A stretch of DNA of 24,000 bases from an uncultured beta proteobacterium (GTDB lineage Bacteria; Pseudomonadota; Gammaproteobacteria; Burkholderiales; Gallionellaceae), in contig CAWAJO010000001.1 of assembly GCA_963782385.1 (NCBI GenBank), forward strand, positions 1,439,528 through 1,463,527, read 5' to 3'. A program made the translations under genes and the position numbers. Shown here piece after piece: positions 17,783 to 24,000 of this stretch. How positions within the stretch are numbered: position 1 is the first letter of the stretch; every line of letters begins with the position of its first letter. The notes under the pieces are model-generated. The model made no database searches and was not told the DNA's origin. It saw nothing but the letters and a program-made list of their open reading frames with translations.

Positions 17783-18112
17783 ATGAGAAGCGTATTCGAA
17801 GCATCCAGCGGACTGGAAGGTCACATGATCCTGAACCTGCTTCAGCAGCGTGGTATTGCAGGCCGTATAGAAGGGGAATATTTGCAGGGAGGGATCGGCG
17901 AACTTCAGGCGATAGGCTTCGTGCGCGTGCTGGTTTCCGAACAAGACTACGCTGAGGCCAGGGCGATAATCAACGAATGGGACTCGATTCAGCCGGTCTC
18001 GGACAGGTCTGCACCGGAAGCACAGCCCTCCGCAGGATTGCTGTTCTTCGTCATGGGGGCCATGGTCGGTGCGGGACTGATGTACTGGTTCTTGAAATGG
18101 CAAGCCGCTTGA
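17783..18112 (+). CDS. DUF2007-like (putative signal-transducing) small protein with a C-terminal TM helix
   Basis: MRSVFEASSGLEGHMILNLLQQRGIAGRIEGE… matches the usual DUF2007 N-terminal pattern. The C-terminal helix is LLFFVMGAMVGAGLMYWFL. The track start at 17681 was trimmed. Confidence 0.6.
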   Translation: MRSVFEASSGLEGHMILNLLQQRGIAGRIEGEYLQGGIGELQAIGFVRVLVSEQDYAEARAIINEWDSIQPVSDRSAPEAQPSAGLLFFVMGAMVGAGLMYWFLKWQAA

Positions 18113-18172
18113 TGCAAACGCCGTTGTCCGCAATTGCACGATAGTGCATGGCTTGGTGGTACAGGCAGGGAA

Positions 18173-18937
18173 CTAGAATTCAAACACCTGGCCGCGCTGC
18201 AGCAGCGTCGGTTTGAATTCCGGAATGGCATCCCGGATTTCGCGCCAGGTGAGCTCTTCGCGTCCCGCTTCCATGTGCACGATGAACAGTTCCACCGGGT
18301 GCTGCAGCCGGTGCAGCCCCCGCGCCAGCAATTCGGCGGTCATGTGGCCGGAATGTGCGGCGCCGCTCGTGTTGGCATTGAGGAAGGTGGTTTCGATAAG
18401 CAGGTAGCGCAGGTTTTCAATGCGATTCAGCGCCTGCCAGAATGCATCGCACAGCGTGGTATCGCCGCTGTAGACCCAGCTTGAGGTGCCGCTGTCGACG
18501 CGGTAGCCGACACAGGGCACGGAGTGCTTCGAGGGCAGTGCAGTAAATCTTCTTCCGCGCAGTTCCACCGTCTCGCCCGGCGCGATCGGCTGGAAGCGCA
18601 GGTAGGGACGTTCGGGTGTGGGCAGCACGGCGTAGTCCGGCCAGATCTCGCCGTTGAGGAGGTTGCGCCGGATCGCGGAGATGGTGTCGGACAGCGCATA
18701 CACGGTAAGCGGCGTGTCGCGAAAATTTCCCGCGGCATCGGCCAGCATTGGCAGCATGCAGCAGTGGTCGAGATGCGCGTGGGTGAGGAATACGGTGTCA
18801 AAGGCGATGGCCTGCTGCAGGCTCAAATCGCCCGCGCCGGTGCCGGCGTCGATCAGCACGTCGGCATCCACCTGGTAGCAGGTGGTGCGCAGATTGCCGG
18901 TGATGCTGCCATTGCAGCCGAGTACGGTCACGCGCAT
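18173..18937 (-). CDS. class II 3',5'-cyclic-nucleotide phosphodiesterase-like MBL-fold hydrolase
   Basis: THAHLDHCCMLP resembles the class II cAMP phosphodiesterase signature HxHLDH. GGAAGGA lies 6 nt upstream of the ATG at 18937. The track start at 19018 was trimmed. Confidence 0.65.
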   Translation of the reverse strand: MRVTVLGCNGSITGNLRTTCYQVDADVLIDAGTGAGDLSLQQAIAFDTVFLTHAHLDHCCMLPMLADAAGNFRDTPLTVYALSDTISAIRRNLLNGEIWPDYAVLPTPERPYLRFQPIAPGETVELRGRRFTALPSKHSVPCVGYRVDSGTSSWVYSGDTTLCDAFWQALNRIENLRYLLIETTFLNANTSGAAHSGHMTAELLARGLHRLQHPVELFIVHMEAGREELTWREIRDAIPEFKPTLLQRGQVFEF

Positions 18938-19135
18938 GTGGAATCCTTCCCGAGATACAATTGTGCCGCAAGTAGCGTTCATTATAAATGCCGTGATGAA
19001 CTGCATGATCACGCCCAAGCGGGTATCGGGACTAGATTATCGATATACTGTCTCGAACAGCGAAACGGTTTTTGCGGGGCGCAGTTTTGTCTGCGCGTTT
19101 TGGAAGAAGATTGCGGAGGGGCCACGGAGCAACAC

Positions 19136-19507
19136 ATGGCAACAAACAAGTCGCCGGACCATGACCGGCTGGACAGGATAGTGGCCGAGGCGCGGCGCAA
19201 TGCAGAGCTGCGCGAGCAGGGCTATCGCGAACAGGCGCTGAAGCTCTATCCGTGGGTGTGCACGCGTTGCGCGCGCACCTTTACGCGCGACAACCTGATA
19301 CAACTGACCGTGCACCACAAGGATCACAACCACGACAACAATCCGCCCGACGGCAGCAACTGGGAACTTTTATGCGTCTACTGTCACGACAACGAGCACT
19401 CGCGCTACCTGGATTCGGCGGGGCGCTCCGATGTGCAGGGCGATGCGCCCAAGGCGACGTTCCAGCCCTTCGCCAACCTGAAGGACCTGTTCAAGGATAA
19501 AACCTAG
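19136..19507 (+). CDS. yajD: YajD-family HNH endonuclease-like protein
   Basis: Near-colinear resemblance to E. coli YajD (…GYREQALKLYPWVC.RC…LTVHH.DHNHDNNPPDGSNWELLCVYCHDNEHS…). GGAG lies 6 nt upstream of the ATG at 19136. The upstream 204 codons of the track ORF are antisense shadow of the PDE gene. Confidence 0.9.
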   Translation: MATNKSPDHDRLDRIVAEARRNAELREQGYREQALKLYPWVCTRCARTFTRDNLIQLTVHHKDHNHDNNPPDGSNWELLCVYCHDNEHSRYLDSAGRSDVQGDAPKATFQPFANLKDLFKDKT

Positions 19508-19533
19508 CGGTTCCCTGGTGATCGAAGGCCAGG

Positions 19534-19917
19534 TCACTTCGCCTCTTCGATCATCTGTATGGTCTTTGCTTCCACTTCATGTGCGACCAGCGCCAGCGCG
19601 GCATCCTGCGACAGCGCCGACAGGGCCTGCGTCGGCTTGATCATGCCGATCATGGTCTTGCCGCCCTGGGTGTAGACCGAGATGCGGCACGGCAACGCCA
19701 TGTTCATGCGCATGTCCATGGCCAGTACCTTGGCCGCCTGCTCCGGCTTGCATACTTCGAACACCTTGCACTGCTGCTCGAAGTCCATGCCCTTGCTGCG
19801 CAGCGTGCTGCCGAGGTTGTGCACGTGCAGCACGCCGAAACCATTGCGTTTGACGGAAGCCTCAAGATCGGCCGCAGCTTGCTCGAATGGTTTGTTTGAT
19901 TCGGCAATGTAGTACAT
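19534..19917 (-). CDS. DUF302 domain protein
   Basis: …FEQAAADLEASVKRNGFGVLHVHNLGSTLRSKG…KVFEVCKPEQAAKVL… is typical of DUF302. AGGAGG lies 5 nt upstream of the ATG. Confidence 0.85.
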   Translation of the reverse strand: MYYIAESNKPFEQAAADLEASVKRNGFGVLHVHNLGSTLRSKGMDFEQQCKVFEVCKPEQAAKVLAMDMRMNMALPCRISVYTQGGKTMIGMIKPTQALSALSQDAALALVAHEVEAKTIQMIEEAK

Positions 19918-19952
19918 GGCTACCTCCTGGTTGTAGTTGATGCTTGACGGTG

Positions 19953-21464
19953 TTATCGCTTGCGTCCCATTAATGACCCCAGTACGCCACGAATGAGCCG
20001 TCGGCCCATTTCCGAGCCCATGGTGCGCACGGCACTTTTTATCATCGCCTCGCCCACCCCCTGGCGCCGCGAATTGCCGCCGCCGAAGATACCGCCGAGC
20101 ATGTCGCCGATGCCGCCACTGCCCGCCCCAGTGCTGGCGCTGCCGGTTGCACCGGCGTTGCCGGCCGGAACTGCCGGCTGCCGCTGCGCGGCGCGTTGCT
20201 TGAGTTTTTCGTAGGCGGATTCGCGGTCGATGGTTTGTTCATAATGTCCGGCCAGCAGCGACGACTGGATGATGGCCTTGCGTTCCGCGTCGGTAATCGG
20301 GCCGATGTGCGCCCGCGGCGGCACGATCAGCGCGCGTTCGACGATGCCGGGGCGGCCTTTTTCGTCCAGCAACGACACCAGCGCTTCGCCCACGCCGAGT
20401 TCGGTGATGGCGGTTTCCTCGTCCAGCTGCGGATTGTCGCGCATGGTCTCGGCAGCGGCGCGTACCGCCTTCTGATCGCGCGCCGAGAAGGCGCGCAATG
20501 CATGCTGGATGCGGTTGCCGAGCTGGCTCAGTACCTTGTCCGGCACATCGGCCGGATTCTGCGTGACGAAATACACGCCCACGCCCTTGGAACGGATCAG
20601 GCGCACCACCTGTTCGATCTTGTCGATCAATGCCGGGGGCGCATCGTTGAACAGCAGGTGTGCTTCATCGAAGAAGAACACCAGCCTGGGCTTGTCGAGG
20701 TCGCCCGCTTCCGGCAGGTGCTCGAACAATTCCGACAGCAGCCATAGCAGCAGCGTCGAATATACCTTGGGCGACTCCATCAGCTTGTCGGCGGCGAGGA
20801 TGTTGATCATGCCCTCGCCCTTGCTGCCGGTCTGCATCAGGTCGTCGATGTTCAGCATCGGCTCGCCGAAGAACTTTTCCGCGCCCTGGCTTTCGAGTTC
20901 CAGCAGGCCGCGCTGGATGGCGCCGATGCTCGCGGTGGAGATGTTGCCGTAGCCCGTGGTGTAATCTTTCGCGTTGTCGCCGACATACTGCACCATCGTG
21001 CGCAGGTCCTTGAAGTCGAGCAGCAGCATGCCGTTGTCGTCGGCGATCTTGAACACCAGCGTGAGCACGCCCTGCTGCGTGTCGTTGAGGTTCAGCATGC
21101 GGCCAAGCAGCAGCGGGCCCATGTCGGATACCGTGGCGCGAGCCGGATGGCCCATCTCGCCGAACACGTCCCAGAAGGTGACCGGGAAAGGGCGATAGGC
21201 AAAATCCTCGAGCTTGAGCAGCTTGATGCGCTCCTCGACCTTGGCGTTGCCGCCGCCGGCCTTGGCCAGTCCGGACAGGTCACCCTTGATGTCCGACAGG
21301 AATACCGGCACGCCGATGCGGCTGAAGGCCTCGGCCAGCGTTTGCAGGGTGACGGTCTTGCCGGTGCCGGTGGCGCCGGTTATCAGGCCGTGGCGGTTGG
21401 CCATCTGCGGCAGCAGTGCCAGTTCCTGTGCGCCGTTCCTGGCGATCAGCAGCGGTTCGATCAT
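19953..21464 (-). CDS. yjgR: HerA-like P-loop ATPase, DUF853/YjgR family
   Basis: Walker A is [14 protein letters not shown] and Walker B is [12 protein letters not shown]. The Gly-rich, basic C-terminal tail and the length of about 500 aa match YjgR. The start was trimmed from 21755 to the ATG at 21464 ([11 protein letters not shown]…). Confidence 0.9.
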   Translation of the reverse strand: MIEPLLIARNGAQELALLPQMANRHGLITGATGTGKTVTLQTLAEAFSRIGVPVFLSDIKGDLSGLAKAGGGNAKVEERIKLLKLEDFAYRPFPVTFWDVFGEMGHPARATVSDMGPLLLGRMLNLNDTQQGVLTLVFKIADDNGMLLLDFKDLRTMVQYVGDNAKDYTTGYGNISTASIGAIQRGLLELESQGAEKFFGEPMLNIDDLMQTGSKGEGMINILAADKLMESPKVYSTLLLWLLSELFEHLPEAGDLDKPRLVFFFDEAHLLFNDAPPALIDKIEQVVRLIRSKGVGVYFVTQNPADVPDKVLSQLGNRIQHALRAFSARDQKAVRAAAETMRDNPQLDEETAITELGVGEALVSLLDEKGRPGIVERALIVPPRAHIGPITDAERKAIIQSSLLAGHYEQTIDRESAYEKLKQRAAQRQPAVPAGNAGATGSASTGAGSGGIGDMLGGIFGGGNSRRQGVGEAMIKSAVRTMGSEMGRRLIRGVLGSLMGRKR

Positions 21465-21543
21465 GGCGTTCTGTCCGAGTTTCCGGTTTGGGTTGATGGG
21501 CCGGAAATGATACCATTGCGCGAAAATTTTCAAAGGAAAGTAT

Positions 21544-22269
21544 ATGGCGGGACACAGCAAATGGGCCAATATCCAGCACCGCAAGGGACGCCAGGATGCC
21601 AAGCGCGGGAAGATCTTCACACGGCTGATCAAGGAGATCACGGTGGCCGCCAAGCTGGGCGGCAGCGACCCGGACAGCAATCCGCGCCTGCGCCTGGCGA
21701 TGGACAAGGCGTACGACAACAACATGCCCAAGGACAACGTCGAGCGCGCAATCAAGCGCGGCGCAGGCGAACTGGAGGGCGTGGACTACATCGAGTTGCG
21801 CTATGAAGGTTACGGCATCAACGGCGCAGCGGTGATGGTGGATTGCATGACCGACAACAAGACGCGCACCGTGGCCGATGTGCGCCATGCCTTCACCAAA
21901 TACGGCGGCAATCTCGGCACCGACGGCTCGGTGTCCTACCTGTTCAAGCATTGCGGACAGATGATCTTCGCGCCCGGCACCGATGAGAACGCGCTGATGG
22001 AAGTGGCGCTCGACGCGGGCGCGGAAGACATCATCAACAACGAGGATGGAAGCCTGGAAGTGGTCACCGCGCCAAATGACTTTGTCGAAGTCAAGCAACG
22101 ACTGGAAGCGGCCGGGTTCAAACCGGAGATGGCGGAAGTGACGATGAAGGCAGACAACGAAGTGGTGTTCAGCGGCGACGATGCGGTGCGCATGCAGAAG
22201 CTGCTCGATGCGCTGGAGGATCTGGATGATGTGCAGGAAGTCTATAGCACTGCGGTAATTGAACAGTAA
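21544..22269 (+). CDS. yebC: YebC/PmpR family DNA-binding transcriptional regulator
   Basis: [32 protein letters not shown]… is the hallmark N-terminus of this family. Confidence 0.95.
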   Translation: MAGHSKWANIQHRKGRQDAKRGKIFTRLIKEITVAAKLGGSDPDSNPRLRLAMDKAYDNNMPKDNVERAIKRGAGELEGVDYIELRYEGYGINGAAVMVDCMTDNKTRTVADVRHAFTKYGGNLGTDGSVSYLFKHCGQMIFAPGTDENALMEVALDAGAEDIINNEDGSLEVVTAPNDFVEVKQRLEAAGFKPEMAEVTMKADNEVVFSGDDAVRMQKLLDALEDLDDVQEVYSTAVIEQ

Positions 22270-22787
22270 TGCGCATTCTCGGCATCGATCCCGGCCTGCG
22301 CATCACCGGCTATGGCGTGCTCGACAAGCAGGGCCAGTTGCTGGGTTACGTCGCCAGCGGCGGCATCAGGACGCCGGAAGGTGAGTTGCCGGAACGATTG
22401 AAGGTCATCCTGAATTCGCTGGGCGAGGTGATTTCCCGGTACCAGCCGCAGTACGTGGCGGTCGAGAAGGTCTTCGTCAACGTCAATCCGCAATCCACAT
22501 TGATGCTCGGGCAGGCGCGCGGCTCGGCCATTTGCGCGGCGGTGCTGGCAGATTTGCCGGTGGCGGAGTACACCGCGCTGCAGGTGAAGCAGGCGGTGGT
22601 GGGCAACGGCCACGCAACAAAGGAACAGGTGCAGGAGATGGTGCAGCGCCTGTTGAAGCTGTCAGGCCATCCCAGTCCGGATGCGGCGGATGCGCTGGCT
22701 TGCGCCATCTGCCATGCCCATGGCGGCATGGGATTGGGTGCGCTGGCCACGGCGGGTTATCGGGTGAAAAATGGGAGGCTGGTTTGA
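22269..22787 (+). CDS. ruvC: crossover junction endodeoxyribonuclease RuvC
   Basis: [18 protein letters not shown]… and the C-terminal …[13 protein letters not shown]… are RuvC hallmarks. The ATG shares one base with the yebC TAA (TAATG). Confidence 0.95.
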   Translation: MRILGIDPGLRITGYGVLDKQGQLLGYVASGGIRTPEGELPERLKVILNSLGEVISRYQPQYVAVEKVFVNVNPQSTLMLGQARGSAICAAVLADLPVAEYTALQVKQAVVGNGHATKEQVQEMVQRLLKLSGHPSPDAADALACAICHAHGGMGLGALATAGYRVKNGRLV

Positions 22788-22800
22788 TCAATTTGTTCGG

Positions 22801-23009
22801 CCCCCTTGCGAACTCTCCCCCTTGCACCCGCAGGGGGCAGGCGGTGGTAGCAAAACCGCTGACGCGGCGACAACCACGCACCAGGGGGAGGGCCGGAGAG
22901 GGGCTAGAGACCCGGCATTTCCACGGTCCCGCCCCCGGCCAAGGCGTACGCCGGTGGGCGCCCGGCGGCTACACCGCCACCGTTCCGCAGCCGCTGCAAG
23001 GGGGAAGGC
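22801..23009. repeat. GC-rich repeat-bearing structured insert in the ruvC-ruvA spacer
   Basis: CCCCCTTGC occurs twice (22801-22809, 22817-22825). Three copies of an NAGGGGGNRGGC 12-mer lie at 22831-22842, 22882-22893 and 22998-23009. A perfect palindrome GGCGTACGCC lies at 22943-22952. Small hairpins lie at 22817-22837 and 22964-22978. Confidence 0.35.
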
Positions 23010-23064
23010 ACAGAAAACCAGCCGTCTTGCGCGGCGCATATAATCATTCCGGGATTCATCCGAA

Positions 23065-23646
23065 ATGATCGGTCGTTTAACCGGCATCCTGCTCGAAAAG
23101 AATCCGCCGCAGATCTTGCTGGAGGTGCAGGGCGTGGCGTATGAGCTGGACGTCCCGATGAGCACGTTCTATAACCTGCCCGCCCTGCATGAAAAGGTGG
23201 TGCTGCACACGCAGCTTATCGTGCGCGAGGACGCGCATTTGCTGTACGGATTCCTGAGCCATGAAGAGCGGGTGGTATTCCGCCAGTTGCTGAAGATCAG
23301 CGGTGTTGGTCCCAGGCTGGCGCTTTCCGTGCTATCGGGCTTGAGCCTGGCCGATCTCGCCGCCGCCGTGGCAAACAGGGAAGCCGGGCGGCTGACGCGG
23401 ATACCGGGCGTGGGCAAGAAGACTGCCGAACGCCTGTTGCTGGAACTGCAGGGAAAGTTCTCGGCCAGGGTGCCGGGCAGTGCAAGAGGCGCGGTTGCGA
23501 TACCCGCCGGCGATGTGCTCAACGCGCTGCTGGCGCTGGGTTACAGCGAAAAGGAAGCGGATTGGGCGGCGAAGCAGTTGCCGGCCGAAACCAGCGTGTC
23601 GGACGGCATCCGCCAGGCGCTTAAGTTATTATCGGGAAAACTCTGA
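23065..23646 (+). CDS. ruvA: Holliday junction branch migration complex subunit RuvA
   Basis: [39 protein letters not shown]… and the HhH motifs ([30 protein letters not shown]) identify RuvA. Confidence 0.95.
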   Translation: MIGRLTGILLEKNPPQILLEVQGVAYELDVPMSTFYNLPALHEKVVLHTQLIVREDAHLLYGFLSHEERVVFRQLLKISGVGPRLALSVLSGLSLADLAAAVANREAGRLTRIPGVGKKTAERLLLELQGKFSARVPGSARGAVAIPAGDVLNALLALGYSEKEADWAAKQLPAETSVSDGIRQALKLLSGKL

Positions 23647-23914
23647 TTGGGTCAGACATGAATCGCGTTGCTGTCAAAATACAAACGGATGCCAGGCGCA
23701 CGACGAAGGTCGTAGTTGAGCCTACGATGCCGGGGAGTGCAACAGCGCAGACGTCGTATTTTGACGCAACCCAAAGTGACGGCGGAGTTGCGGGCGATCT
23801 GCTGTGTTGCCCCGCTTGCGAATGGAATAACCGTTCGCTTCACCTCGCGCCTTGCATACCATTTCGCAACATCGCCGTCGCGATCATGCGGGACGCAATC
23901 AGAGCTTCCTGCAC

Positions 23915-24000
23915 ATGATTCACAGCGACGACCTTGCTTCTTCTGACCGCCTCGTATCTTCTGCGCCGGCATCGCAGCAGGAGGAGGTGATGGAACGCGC
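23915..24000 (+). CDS. ruvB: Holliday junction DNA helicase RuvB, N-terminal fragment truncated by the window edge
   Basis: MIHSDDLASSDRLVSSAPASQQEEVMER… matches the usual RuvB N-terminal pattern (…ER..RP…), and the gene sits downstream of ruvA. Only about 28 codons are visible. Confidence 0.7.
   Translation, partial: MIHSDDLASSDRLVSSAPASQQEEVMER

Noticed and set aside
19079-19101. Small hairpin GCGCAG-ttttgt-CTGCGC followed by GTTTT upstream of yajD
   Set aside because: It has only a 6-bp stem and no upstream plus-strand gene to terminate. It is more likely fortuitous or a minor leader structure, so it is not reported as a feature.
18524-19135. N-terminal 204 codons of the 327-aa track ORF that ends as yajD
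   Set aside because: This part is antisense to the phosphodiesterase gene. YajD homology begins at the ATG at 19136, which has its own GGAG.
18173-21464. Possible defence island: HerA-like ATPase + HNH nuclease + cyclic-nucleotide phosphodiesterase within 3.3 kb
   Set aside because: The ATPase and the HNH protein look like orthologues of widely conserved chromosomal YjgR and YajD. The three genes are on different strands and in different transcription units, and DUF302 interrupts them. No sensor/effector architecture of known defence systems is evident.
21465-21755. 97-codon N-terminal extension of the yjgR ORF (and similar extensions of selO to 5668, PDE to 19018, MBL to 1452)
   Set aside because: The extensions run through intergenic or opposite-strand coding DNA, lack family homology, and internal ATGs with SD sites match the expected protein lengths.

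Overview
This 24-kb chromosomal window is moderately GC-rich by eye. Gene content suggests a betaproteobacterial-type chemolithoautotroph, but that taxon call is inference only. I can support 29 protein-coding genes (one truncated at the right edge) plus several regulatory or structured sites. I saw no rRNA, tRNA, CRISPR array, transposase, integrase or prophage gene. The main landmarks are: (i) a red-type (form IC-like) RuBisCO operon, cbbL-cbbS-cbbX, on the minus strand at 8.7-11.7 kb, divergent from cbbR and followed by an unassigned co-oriented 116-codon gene; (ii) yebC-ruvC-ruvA-ruvB at the right end, with two unusually long spacers inside the ruv cluster; (iii) selO followed by a tandem-nitroreductase (SagB-type) gene; (iv) a tetR/MBL-fold pair; and (v) a patch of secreted and membrane proteins at 14-18 kb. 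Most of the window is ordinary core genome, and I cannot demonstrate a defined novel system from sequence alone. The candidates most worth follow-up are listed here. First, a two-gene cassette of a thymidylate/deoxynucleoside-kinase-like protein with a degenerate Walker A (GxxxxCKT) next to a Pol-beta-type nucleotidyltransferase (6215-7721). Second, the uncharacterised His-rich gene coupled to cbbLSX (8348-8698). Third, a secreted protein with an exosortase-type sorting signal in the middle of the protein rather than at the C-terminus (14008-14523). Fourth, an unannotated 30-codon membrane-peptide ORF with a good Shine-Dalgarno (SD) site upstream of selO (5767-5859). All family assignments come from motif recognition by eye; no database search was run.
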